A model generated the notes under the pieces. That model was given only the letters and a program-made list of their open reading frames with translations. It made no database searches and was not told where the DNA came from. A stretch of DNA of 64,000 nt from Salpingoeca rosetta (taxonomy: Eukaryota > Protista > Choanoflagellata): contig JAWQFM010000027.1 of the NCBI GenBank assembly GCA_033442325.1, positions 478,271-542,270 on the forward strand. The letters are read 5' to 3'. The first letter of the stretch is position 1. Each line of letters opens with the position of its first letter. The translations under genes were made by a program, and so were the position numbers. Below are positions 14,141 through 29,597 of the stretch, piece by piece.

Positions 14141-14615
14141 TTACGTGATGCAATGGCGGGGAGGCCGGAGTTCTCGGCGAGGGCGAGCGGGATGGACTCA
14201 AGCGCCTCAACAAACCCGCGCATCGCATACTGCTCCAGCGACGAAATCTAACACACACACACACATACACGTACAGCAGACGCACGCGGCGGCGATACAG
14301 TTGTTACACACAAGTGGGGAGATGTGGGAAGATGCCACAGCAAGCATTGGCCATACTCGCGACCACAAACCACGTCAGCCCACATGAACACACATCAGCG
14401 CACATCGACCACAACAGCCACAACCACCACAACCATGAAACCCACCACAACCACGTGATTACAGGAGCAACAGACCTTGTCGGCCTCCTTCTGGACGGCA
14501 AGACCGCAGGCAATCTCGGCAGCGCCGCCGCCGTACACCACGCGGTTGTCGCGAATCAGGTTGCGCACAACGCAGATGGCATCGTGCAGGCTGCGCTTCG
14601 CCTCCTCCACAATCT

Positions 14616-14684
<69 letters not shown>

Positions 14685-17600
14685 CAGGCGGAGGGAGGGG
14701 GTTTTGTGTCAGGGCAGGTGGAACAGGACCATTTGGGGGGGGGGGGGCAATTGGGTGTGCATGGGTGGATGCATGCGCAGGCAAGGGGGAGGCGTTCAAC
14801 AGACGAACGTTGGACGAAGCAAAGGGGCGTGACAGACACAGAAACATCTCAGCACTCAAGACCGCACAAACACAAACACACAAAACATTAAATACGGCAC
14901 AAAAGCAAATCAAGGCGGAGGGACGCACCATCCTGTTGCCACCGCGGACAAAGACGGTGACGGCCTTGGAGTTCTCGCACTCCTCAATCACGAGCATGGT
15001 GTCCTGGGTGGTGCCAAAGCTAATCTCGCGAACGGAGCCAGCCTTGCCCAGCTTGTCGGCGCCAAGCTCGCTGAAGCGCGGCACAATGCGGCCGTTGGTG
15101 GCAATGGCAACTAGTTCCATCTCGGGGCCGCCCACCCAGCGCACGGCAGGGAGCTCGTTCTGCAGCAGGAGGTGGTTGGGCTCGTCGTCAAAGCCCCACT
15201 GGCACAGCACAAGGTTGGCACCCGTGTCCTTCACCTGAGGTACAGCAGCGTGTCGGCGTGGTTGACGGATGAAGAAATGAGCAACGTGTGGTCCAAAACG
15301 ACAGGAAAACAACGACAAAAACGTGGAACACCAAATAAACAAAGAGGCAAGTACACGAGATGCAGACACAGGCCGCATCACAGGCGACCACGCAAACACA
15401 CACAATTGGAAGAGGGTCGCGTGTCAACACACCTACAGTCACACACACATATGTGTGTAGCCGAACACACACACACACCACCACCACCACCACCACCACC
15501 ACAAAACACAGCCGCGAGCACCAACCTGCTTGATCATTTCCTGGAACTTCTCCTGCTCGTATGCGCGGAGCTCCTCATACGCTTGAACGCTCGTCACCTC
15601 CAGCTTGTGCGTTGTCTTGGGCTTTGGTGGCTCAAAGGGGCACGTGAGGATGGCAATCTTGGCGTCGCGCACAACCTTGGGCATCTGGGGATGGCTCATG
15701 CCCTGCACACCAAGGGAAGCAGGGGAGCGGAGGCACACAAGGACAACAGCAACAGCAGCGGTGAGTGAGTGGGCCAAAGGGATGAGAACAGTCACCACAA
15801 CACGACGTGCGCACGACAGCAAAGGCACCACACGTACAACCACACGTACAACACAAACAACACAAACAAACAAACAAACAAACGAACAAACAAACAAACA
15901 AACAAACAAACAAACAAATAAACAAATAAACAAACAAGCAACACGAAGCACACAGGAAAGGAAGCAAGGAGCGTGTCGGTGGTGTGCACCTTCTCGATGA
16001 TGACGCCCTTGACGAGCCGCGAGTCCTCGAGCTTGGCGCCAACCTTGCCATCAAGCTTGATCAGCTCAAAGTTGACGTCCTTCGTCTCAAAGTCCGCAAC
16101 AGAGAGCACCGCATCCACAGCCATCTCCGCAAACTGGCGGTGGCACCGGTTCACGCTGCCAGAGCAAAACAAAAAAAAAAGGTGATGGGGGGTGACAATC
16201 AGGCAAGGACAAAGGGCCAAAAGCGTAACGTGAGCGGAAAAGATTCCTGCTGCTGCAGAAGAGCAACAAGATCGAATACAACCGCTACGACAACCAAAGA
16301 ACAGGACAAAAGGCTCTGCGTACACCCGCTTTAAGGCAGGCACACACACACACACACGCAAACCAATACCTGCACATATTCTCGCTCACACACACCGACC
16401 TACACACGCACCCACCAACACACGCGTACACATCTACACGTGCACACTGACACACGCACACATGCGCACACATGCACACACGCGCACTCCCTCCTATTTT
16501 GAGTTCATGCATACATTTTGCTGCCGAGGGTGGTCATAGCCGTCTCGACGAGGGGCTCCTTGTTCTTGGGATCCACGGGGAAGTTCTCGCTAATCTCGTC
16601 AAGGCGGTCCAGCGCAACACGCGCAGCCATCTCATACCTGCACATGCAATCGGGAGAGGAGGCAACAATGCAAGGGGACGGGCGTGTTGTTGGACGAGCA
16701 ACAGTGTACATTATGAGGCGTGCAATACAACGTGGCGACAAAGCGCTCAGGGTGAGAGCGGTACAACAGCAAAGGGCCAGTGTCATGTAAAGCGATTGGG
16801 GTGGGTATGTTGAGGTGACGCACCCATCGGCAATGCGGATGGGGTGAAGGCCCTTGTCAAGGAGAGTCTCTGCCTGCTCCAGGAGCGCGCCCGCAAGCAC
16901 TGCGAAGGTGGATTTCAGGACATTGGAAAAAATGTTATCGATGCGGTGTTTTGAGTGCACACGAGCAAGAAACAGCCGCCATGCGGCCCCTCCCCAATAA
17001 CTTCATCCTCCTCCCTTGGCACTACAAACAAGCATGGCCTCTCCGACATCATCAAGCGACCCCTAATGCACACCACAAGATGACACAGAACCACACTTCA
17101 CATGCACACGCCCTTCCTCTCTTGACATGAACCACGCCATGGATGCACCACTACCAAGAATCAAACACCACGACCTGAAAACACAAGTGCCACACACGCC
17201 CGTGCCACACTCACCAACGACGCCAGTGGTGCCATCGCCAATCTCGTCATCCTGTGACTTGGACAGCTGCACCATCAGCTTCGCAATCTCGTGTTGGACG
17301 TCCTACCACATCAAGCGCAGCAGCAATTAAAAAAAAACAGTGGGAGGGGAAAGGCAAGGGAGCGTGCGAATGAGTGAAACAGATCCGAGACCAATCGCTC
17401 CTTCTCACAAGCGCGCGCAGGTTTGCACGGCGAGGGCCACAAAGACGTGATCGCGAACGAACCATTTTGTCGAGGATGGTGGCGCCATCGTTTGTGATTG
17501 TGACATCGCCATCTGCGCCCACGAGAAGCTTGTCCAGACCCTTGGGTCCAAGAGAGGTCCGCAAGGTGCTGGCAACGGTCTTCGCAGCAAGGATGTGTGC

Positions 17601-18002
17601 CTACAGCATCGCAACGATCACAGCAATTGATCGGTGACAGGCCCGCATTATGTTGTGTTGTGTTGTGTTGTTGTGTTGTGTTGTGAGTTTGAGGTGTGTT
17701 GTAGGTTGTTGAGTGTGTGCGTCTTGTGTGAATCGCCATTTGCTGGTGTCAAGACACGGCCCTTAGGCAGGATTCAAGCCCCGCTTCCCCCTTCCCATTG
17801 TGCACGAGCACATCATGTGGACCAGAGCACGGAACCACACCACAGCATATGCACAAGCACAACGTCACACATCATATCACATCACATCGCATCGCATCGC
17901 ATACGCCACCTTTTGTGCCTCAAGGCCAGTGAGTCGGCGCTGCTTGTCCTGGTCGCGGATGATGATAAAGGGGCGACCGTACTCGTCAAATGTCAGCGAC
18001 AT
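13445..18002 (-). CDS. CCT5: T-complex protein 1 subunit epsilon (chaperonin CCT5)
   Basis: N-terminus [18 protein letters not shown]; [61 protein letters not shown]-terminus [12 protein letters not shown]. About 12 exons. Confidence 0.96.
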
Positions 18003-18214
18003 GGCTGCTTTGTGGGTGGGTGGCGGCTGGTGGTGTGCGCGATGCGATGGAAGGAGGGAGGGTGCAGGTGGATGTTTGTTGGGCTGGGTTGTGGTGTGTG
18101 GCTGTCAAGACAGGTGTGAGTTGTTTTTGGCTTCCACGAGGCAAACAACACACTTCTCGTTGGTAAAAGGAAATTTTACTGAAGATTTACTCAAACCATC
18201 GCAGACCGTTCACA

Positions 18215-20248
18215 TTAATTTGTGCTGTTGTGGACACTTCGCTCATGCCGGCGGAGGTTGCCTGCTTTTGGGAAGCCCTTGCCACAGAAGGAGCACTTGT
18301 ATGGCTTCTCACCGGTGTGGGTGCGCTCGTGTTGGCGGAGGCTGTCGGCTCGTGTGAAGCCCTTACCACAGAAGGAGCACTTGCATGGCTTCTCACCGGT
18401 GTGGGTGCGCTCGTGTTTGCGGAGGGTGCCTGCTTGTGTGAAGCCCTGACCGCAGAAGGAGCACTTGTATGGCTTCTCACCGGTGTGGGTGCGCTCGTGT
18501 TGGCGGAGGTGGCCGGCTCGTGTGAAGCCCTTACCACAGAAGGAGCACTTGTGAGGGCGCGGCTTGCCATCATTTGGTGTGTGGGTGTTCTTTGGCACGC
18601 GGGCCCTGGTTGATGCTGCTGTTGCATTCGCTGCTGTTGCTGCTGTTGCTGTTGTTGTCGGTGGTGCTGACCGCGCCGTACCCTTGCTCACCTGCACCTT
18701 GTGCTCTCTTTTCTCTTGCCTGTGCTTGCCTCGCTTGACAGGCGGCAGGAACGATGCCACCACTGATGCGCGCGTACGCGGACGATTGTGAAGCTCGCTG
18801 CGGCTGCTGCGGCTGCTGCGGCGGCTGCTGGCACTGCGCTTGACGCTCTTCTTGCTGCCTTGTGAAACGGCATCCACCTGTTGCTGCTGCTGATGCTGCT
18901 GCTGCTGCTTCTTGGGCTTGACCGCCAGAGTCTTCTGCGCTGGCGTGGCTGCTGGCTTCTTGGCTGGTGGTGTTGGTTTCACGGGAAGGGCCTTGAGCCG
19001 GGCCTCGTTGATGATGCTGTCCATGAGCAGGTGCAGGATGGGCACGTTGTCAACGGTGAGCGCGTCCAGCTCCTTCTGCGTGGGCGGGGGAGGGTGCATG
19101 CGGTATCCAGGCTGGGTGGCCTCATTGGCGGTGGGGTCGAAGGCCGGGGCACCACCGCCTCTGCTGCTGGCACCTTCAGCACGGGCGACCTGCAAGTGCT
19201 TGACCGCCTGGTAGCGCCGGTACGAGGTCGGGTCGGAGAGATGCGGCAGATGCAGATCCTCCACTTCCTTACGCAGCGGCTTTGGCTTCTCCAGCGGCAG
19301 GTACGGGCGACAGCCGTCTTCGGTGCGCAGGGTGTCGGACACCAGTGCCTCTGCGCCGTGCCACACGCGAGGAACAGCCACGGGCTCGATGCTGCCACAG
19401 CTGCCCTCGCGCTGCTCCTGAAACCGCTGCAGCGCGCCCGCCACTGCTTCCGGGGACAAGCGAGAGGGCTGCGACGTGCTGCCCTCGCCAAGATCATCAG
19501 GACTGTGACCAACCTCGGCCGCGAGCACTGCCCTGACATCGTCTTCCGTCTCCTGAGGCAGGATGTCCTCCAACAGGATGGCATCGTGCAGTGCCTCTTC
19601 GCTGTCGTACGGGTGCTGCGGCGACGACAGCATCAGCTCTTCGTCCAGGATGTTGCAGTCGTCCTCGTCCTCATCCTCGCCATGGACATGGGCATCAACA
19701 GCACCGCGCTGTGTGTGCTCACGGCGCACGCAGCCAACGGAGCTGGTTGCCGCATCGTCGTCATCGTCGTCATCGTCATCGTAACCAACGAGGTTCTGGT
19801 CGAGCAGCTGCTCGTCGTCGTCCTGCACGTTTGCGCCAGTCTCCTGGGCCCACTGCTCCCATCGCCATTGCACGAGGGCGAGGTACTCATCAAGGTCGGC
19901 CTGCTCCTTGTCTTCGTCCGTGCGCTCCGGCACAGAATCTTCGGCAGCTTCGGCAGCTTCGGCAGCATTGGCGGCATCGGCGGATTGACCTTTTGGCGCG
20001 GTCTGACGCAGGCCTGAGCCGGCGTCCGCGGTGCCGCCATCGTCTTGCTCTCCCTCGATGGCGGGCCAGTGCAGCGTTGCTGGCTTGCGCTTGGGGCCGA
20101 AAAGGGAGCGACGGACCCCACTGCGCCACCGATGACGCGATGCTCCGGGCACATCGGGGATGGCGGTGATGCGGGTCTCTCGCTCGGGCGTCGTTTCCCG
20201 GTCGTCGAACGTGATGGGCTTGTGCGTGAGTGGTGTTGCGGCGTCCAT
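18215..20248 (-). CDS. Intronless C2H2 zinc-finger protein (acidic N-terminus, four C-terminal fingers)
   Basis: Single uninterrupted ORF; CSFCGKGF..LR.HERTH fingers joined by TGEKP linkers. First in-frame ATG at 20248. Confidence 0.88.
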   Translation of the reverse strand: MDAATPLTHKPITFDDRETTPERETRITAIPDVPGASRHRWRSGVRRSLFGPKRKPATLHWPAIEGEQDDGGTADAGSGLRQTAPKGQSADAANAAEAAEAAEDSVPERTDEDKEQADLDEYLALVQWRWEQWAQETGANVQDDDEQLLDQNLVGYDDDDDDDDDAATSSVGCVRREHTQRGAVDAHVHGEDEDEDDCNILDEELMLSSPQHPYDSEEALHDAILLEDILPQETEDDVRAVLAAEVGHSPDDLGEGSTSQPSRLSPEAVAGALQRFQEQREGSCGSIEPVAVPRVWHGAEALVSDTLRTEDGCRPYLPLEKPKPLRKEVEDLHLPHLSDPTSYRRYQAVKHLQVARAEGASSRGGGAPAFDPTANEATQPGYRMHPPPPTQKELDALTVDNVPILHLLMDSIINEARLKALPVKPTPPAKKPAATPAQKTLAVKPKKQQQQHQQQQQVDAVSQGSKKSVKRSASSRRSSRSSRSELHNRPRTRASVVASFLPPVKRGKHRQEKREHKVQVSKGTARSAPPTTTATAATAANATAASTRARVPKNTHTPNDGKPRPHKCSFCGKGFTRAGHLRQHERTHTGEKPYKCSFCGQGFTQAGTLRKHERTHTGEKPCKCSFCGKGFTRADSLRQHERTHTGEKPYKCSFCGKGFPKAGNLRRHERSVHNSTN
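18229..18553 (-). repeat. 84-bp coding minisatellite (zinc-finger array, 4 units)
   Basis: Near-identical units such as gaaggagcacttgtatggcttctcaccggtgtgggtgcgctcgtg recur at 84-bp spacing. Confidence 0.9.
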
Positions 20249-20566
20249 GCTTGGTCCAGTATGGTCTTGTGTGCATGGCAATTCATGACAACCAAAGCGA
20301 GCATGCCCAAGCGTGTGAGAACATGACTCCAATACATAAGTGTGAACAAGACAGCTGTTGTTGCAACAATTTGTTGTTGTAGGAGACGCTGTTCAAGGTG
20401 CAGGTGTAGTTGAAGGTGTTGTTGTTGTTGTTGTTGTTGTGAAAGGAGGGCTGAGCAAGCGTGTCTCCCTCGAATCCTCAAGAGTAGACAGGGCGCCCAA
20501 ACACAGAAACACGCATTGGCTCATCAATAAGGCGCGGTCGGGAGGCATACAAGCCACAACACTTGA

Positions 20567-20750
20567 GTGCATATGCCACGGCACATGTTCAAGCAACGAG
20601 AGTGCCATTCCTATGCTATGCACGGAGGCCACTCAAGCACTCACCACGGGCGACACGGTGCCCATCGACTTACTCGGGAATTGGCGGGAAGATGCCTAGA
20701 TGCAGTGGATGTGAAGAATGCTGTGTACCGCAGGTCTGGTAGAGTACGTG
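20567..20750 (+). mobile_element. Possible decayed LTR-retrotransposon integrase zinc-binding (H2C2) remnant
   Basis: Microsatellite-free intergenic stretch translating to AMHGGHSSTHHGRHGAHRLTRELAGR..DVKNAV, resembling the H-x(n)-GH-G..RT..L..DV..V pattern. The CxxC is not in frame. Confidence 0.25.
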
Positions 20751-20946
20751 CTATTGCTACTGTAATACTGTGTGGTGTGACGGGGATTCAAAGAGCAGCG
20801 ATTCGACATGTGCGCGAGGAAGGAAGAAGGAAATTGACGGCGCGCAAAGCACAACCAACAGTCAATGCATCAGCAGTGCAAGAAGGTTAGGAGAGACGCG
20901 CTCTCGGTGCCCCTGCCTTCAACTCCTCACCTTTTGTGTCGAGTAG

Positions 20947-20987
<41 letters not shown>

Positions 20988-21520
20988 TGTGTGTGTGTGT
21001 GTGTGGTTTAAGAGCGCTTGTTTCGCGCCATTGCTCTTGGAGTGAAGCCAGCGACTGGGGCTTCTTCCTTTCTTCTCGCTCTCTCCCTCTCTCGTTGTGA
21101 CATTTGAAGCACATGTCTCGCCTGGCACAACACTAACCACTCATGATGAGTACAAAAGCAAAAGCCAAGCAAGAGCAGCATGACAACAAGCCAAAGCGTG
21201 TGGGCCATCATCCCCTCGGTGAATCACAAAACAAGTAAGGACGTTGAGGTTTGTGCAGCTTGTATGAAATCACGCTTCCTGCTTTTCCCGCCAAAACTAC
21301 ACGCACACACCAGCAATAATACTACGAGAAAAACACGCCCATTTCTGTGTGTAATGGCACGGCAGCGCGGGAAGTACAACGTCTCACTGGCAGTGTTTCA
21401 CTTTTTCTGTAATGATTGTATTGCATGCACGTGCCAGCAGAACAAAGAGGCACCAACAACGCAGAGAAGGAAGCAAGCACGCACGAGAACACTTGAAGCG
21501 TGCTTGTGTGCGGGCGAGAA

Positions 21521-25448
<3,928 letters not shown>

Positions 25449-25812
25449 GATCTCAAGGCTGGCTGGCTGGTGATGCTCTCACGTCAACAAGTTTGGTTTT
25501 GGTCGGTTGTTGGTTGCTTCTTCGTTGTTCGTCGGCTGGCTGGCTGGTGGATGGTTTGTCGTCAGTTTCTCTACTACAGTTTATGATGTTTTTGACTGCG
25601 GGTTCAGTGGCCGGTTGCAGCTTTTTGGCGTATCTTTCTGTGAAATTGCAGACCTTGATGTATGTTTCGCACACAAGTGCATGTGAATGCGCACACGGTG
25701 GATACGCTTCTGCCGCTGCCACCCGCCACACGTGTGTGTGGCTGTGCGCCTTTGCTCATTCAACCCACCACCCACACTGCACACACACACACACACATCT
25801 GGACCTGTGAAG

Positions 25813-28444
25813 ATGGATCGAGCCACACGCGAGGAGCGCACGGAGGCGGCCGTCCCCAACGTCTTTGCTGGCGATGAGGAGGATGTGGAGACCGCAAGTA
25901 AGCCTTAATTGCAGGGAACGAGAGGAGGAGGAGGAGGAGGAGGAAGAAGAAATCATGTGCGGGAGCTGGAGTGGGAGTGTATGTCGTGCTCTGAACACAC
26001 ATGGACAACGCAGAAGGGTCGTTGCATGTTCAATCCTCTGTGATTTCCACAGCAGACACACACTCACACACACACACACTCACACACACTCACTCACTCA
26101 CTCACTCACTCACTCACTCACTCACTTACTCACTTGCTGTCTTGTTTGTGGTCTTCCCTCTCCCTTTGCTTGCCGTGTATTGTATTGTATGCAAGACGTC
26201 CCAAAGACGCTGCGCGAGATCACCCATGAGGAAGTGGCACAGTTCATCACCTCGCTCCACGAGAGCATCATGGCCGAGGTCAGTGGACAGTGCTTTCCAG
26301 CAGCAAACCAAGCCTTCCTTTGCTTTTGATTCTTGCTTGACTGGCTTCTCCTTTTCAGTCTCCCTCCCTTGTATCTACCTCTTGTTAGTGTCACTGCTGA
26401 TGTATTCCTGACGCCTTACTTTTCCTTACCTATTTTTCCTCGTTAACTCGCACCCTCTTTGATCTTTCCCCTTTCCCTCTTTTCCTTCCCCTCATTCCCC
26501 TCCCTTTGTGAAACAAGTACTAATCCATTCCTGTCGTTAATTGAGTGACTGCGGATGGTTCGCTTTCTTGTGAAATCAATTTGGAGCAATTATCCTAGAG
26601 GCCTGCGCTTGATTCCCCGTGCCATGTCCTCTTGGAACGCTTCAAGACATATACCATTTTCTTTTCTGCCCCTTCCCCTTTCCACCCCTGTCTGCACCCC
26701 TCATTCAGCCCCTCTTCTTTTTGTTGTTCCGCTTGCCCACCTCTCCCTTTTTTGTGGGGGGGGGGTACACCGACGACCATCTGCGTTCTTACCCGATGAC
26801 ACCATCCTCATCTCATCACACACACACACACACACCCTCTGCGTGACACCAGGATGTTGACCGCATTCGCTCCCTCTACGAGCGGCACTACCGCCGTCTC
26901 TCCGACAAGTCAGTGCAGCACAGCCCCTCTTCCCGATGGCGTGATGATTGTCTCTTTGCTTTCAAGGGCTGGTGGTTTTACTCAACACCCCACAGGCTCT
27001 TGTCTTCTTTCTCACACTTCGAGTTCACGCTGCTTCCTTGTTCTAGGTACTTCAAGGAGAAGACGTGGCCAGAGCCGCAGAAGGTGGCCAAGATCATCGA
27101 CGAGGGCCTGTTTCAGATCCTCTACCGCGAGCTCTTCTACCGTCACATCTTCATCAAGCTGCGCAAGCCCGTGCTTGCTGACCGCCACAGCGCATACGAG
27201 AACTACATTTCCCTCTTCACATTCATCCTCGGTGCGTGTTGATCGCAGTGTGGGTGGTGTTCTTGTTGTTTGTTTGTTCCCAACACCTTTACTTGGTTTT
27301 GTTGCTTTGGTGGTACCTTCCATGACCATCAATGGGCCACGTCAGGCCTCGTGCCTGCTGTCCACGCGCCGGCGTCATTGTTGTTTTTTTCAATGTGCAC
27401 CGCTCCGCTCATCGCCTGGTACGTGCACTCTGGTCTGCGTCTCCATTTGTTGACATTTGCAGATGCGGATGCGCCGGTCCCATTTGAGCTCCCCGATCAG
27501 TGGCTGTGGGATATCATTGACGAGTTTGTGTACCAGGTGCGGAGCAGCCAAACACGCCGTCAGTGTATGCAAGTTTGCATGCTTGGTCATCCCCGCTTGT
27601 TCTTCTGCATGTGCTGTTGCGCCCTGCACGTCTGTGATGGACTTGTCTTAAACTGCGTTATCGTCCTGAACAGCATGGGCAGTTTGCTGCCTGTGCACAG
27701 TTGTTGAAACACTACATAGACCCTGAGACGTGTGCGCCCTCGGTGCTCTTTCCGATGTTCTGTTGCTCCGCCATATTTCTCTTCCATCTGCCACCCCCTT
27801 TCGGTCACTCCATGACTCGATGGCCACCCTCTCACGTTGTGCGTGTGTGTTGCTGTTGTTGCCGTGTTTTGTTCACCTTTTGTGCCTGCGTGATCATGGT
27901 GACAGTTTGAGGGCTTTGTGCAGCACAAGGGTTACAAAGCGCACAAGCAGGCGTATCCAGAGGACTGGGACGTCAAGGTTGTGTTCAACGTTCTGCACCA
28001 GCTCATCACCCGCTCGAGAATAAACGAGCAACTGGAGGTACGCTAAGGTGTTTGATTTTGCTTCTGATGATTTTTGTCGTTCTTGGTGGCAAGAGAGCAT
28101 GCGTGAAGCCCCTTCACTTGCCCTGCCTGCCACCTTGTGGTCACACTGGTTTGTCTTGTTACGAATTTTGTTGCCGCGCACTGACGCCGTTTTGTTTTGG
28201 CGCTGCGTGGTCATAGGCCTTCCAACGGGGCGACAACCCCGCGGACGTCGCCGACGAGTTTGGCAACCACCCGCTCTACCGCATGCTTGGCTACTTCAGC
28301 CTGGTTGGCTCGCTCAGATTGCACACACTCATGGGTAAGCGGCTGCGACCGTTGTTTGCCGTTCTTATTCAGCAACTGCTGCTCGTTTGCGGAATTGGTG
28401 TCGCATGCTCCTCGTTTTTTCAATTTTTCTTTCTTTTCTTTGTG

Positions 28445-28480
<36 letters not shown>

Positions 28481-29554
28481 TCTCTCTCCTTCTCTCTCCT
28501 TCTCTCTCCCCCCTCTCTCCCCCTCCCTCTGTTTTTCTCTGCTATTTGTGTTACGCATCGTCCAAAGCATCGACATTGAGATGGCGTTGTACGTGAGTAC
28601 TTTGCTGCCGATGACTGTTGATGAAGAAGCGATTCAACAACGATAGCCTCATCGTCCTTCGCTCGTGCCTAACCCCACGAATTCGTCATTGACAAGCTTT
28701 CATGCTTGATTGGCGATGGCCTCAGGAGGGGCGGCGACAACCCTCTTTCTCTTCATCTCCCTCTCCCTTTCTTTCCTTCCTTGACGGTCTTTCTCTTCTC
28801 CTTTCCTCTTCTCCCCCTCCCCTGTCGCATCTTGCGGACACTGACGTTTTTTGATGCGTGCGTGCGTGCGCGTGTTTTCCTCGCAGGTGATTACCGCCAG
28901 GCCCTGGAGGCCGTGCGCAACATTGACCTGAGCAAGCCCAAGCTGATCAGCAACGTGCTGACGTGCCAGGTGACCATCTACCACCAAGTTGGCTTCTGCT
29001 ACCTCATGTCGCGCCGCTACCACGATGCCATTGGCCGCTTTGAGGACATTCTGTACTACACGCGGTCCACCGACACACAGAACATGTACTACAGCGACTA
29101 CCACACAATCCGCAGCAAATGCGAGCACATCACAGCGCTGCTTGCGCTTGCGCACGCCATGGAGGACGGCGCCGTGAAGGACATGTACCGCGCAGAGAGC
29201 GAGAACCTGCGCAAGGCTGCTGACGGCGACGAGGAGGCTGCTGCCGCCCTCTTCAAGAAGGGCGCGCCCAAGTTTGTTGAGCCCAGCGTGATGTTTGCCT
29301 CGCTCGACGGCTCAGATGAGGTTGCTGATGCGGCGAGTGACGACACTGCGTCTTCCAGCTCGAAACTGGCCACCGACACACAGCTGCAGGTCTTCCTGCG
29401 CGACTTCCGCCGCCGCAAGAACATGGTCAACATCCGCTCCTACCTCAAGCTCTACGAATCCCTCAAAATCTCCAAGCTCGCCAGCCTCCTCGGCAAGGTG
29501 TGGGTTTGTATTCGTTTGTGTATGTGGTTTTTTGTTTGCGCAGGTTGATGTGCT

Positions 29555-29597
<43 letters not shown>

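Noticed and set aside
13948-17908. Possible snoRNAs in CCT5 introns (hairpins, isolated CTGA/TGATGA boxes, short U6-complementary stretches near 17030-17090)
   Set aside because: No consistent box pair plus terminal stem plus recognisable target; worth an Infernal scan but unsupported by eye.
18881-20169. Long plus-strand ORFs (378 aa, 192 aa) opposite the zinc-finger gene
   Set aside because: Antisense shadows caused by GC-rich codon usage; no recognisable motifs.
28066-28184. CTGATGA...CTGA pair in an eIF3L intron as another C/D snoRNA
   Set aside because: No terminal stem and no convincing antisense element.
28668-28675. CCTAACCC as a telomerase RNA template
   Set aside because: Only 8 nt, confined in a tight hairpin loop, and too close to the ACA end to leave room for a pseudoknot and CR4/5.
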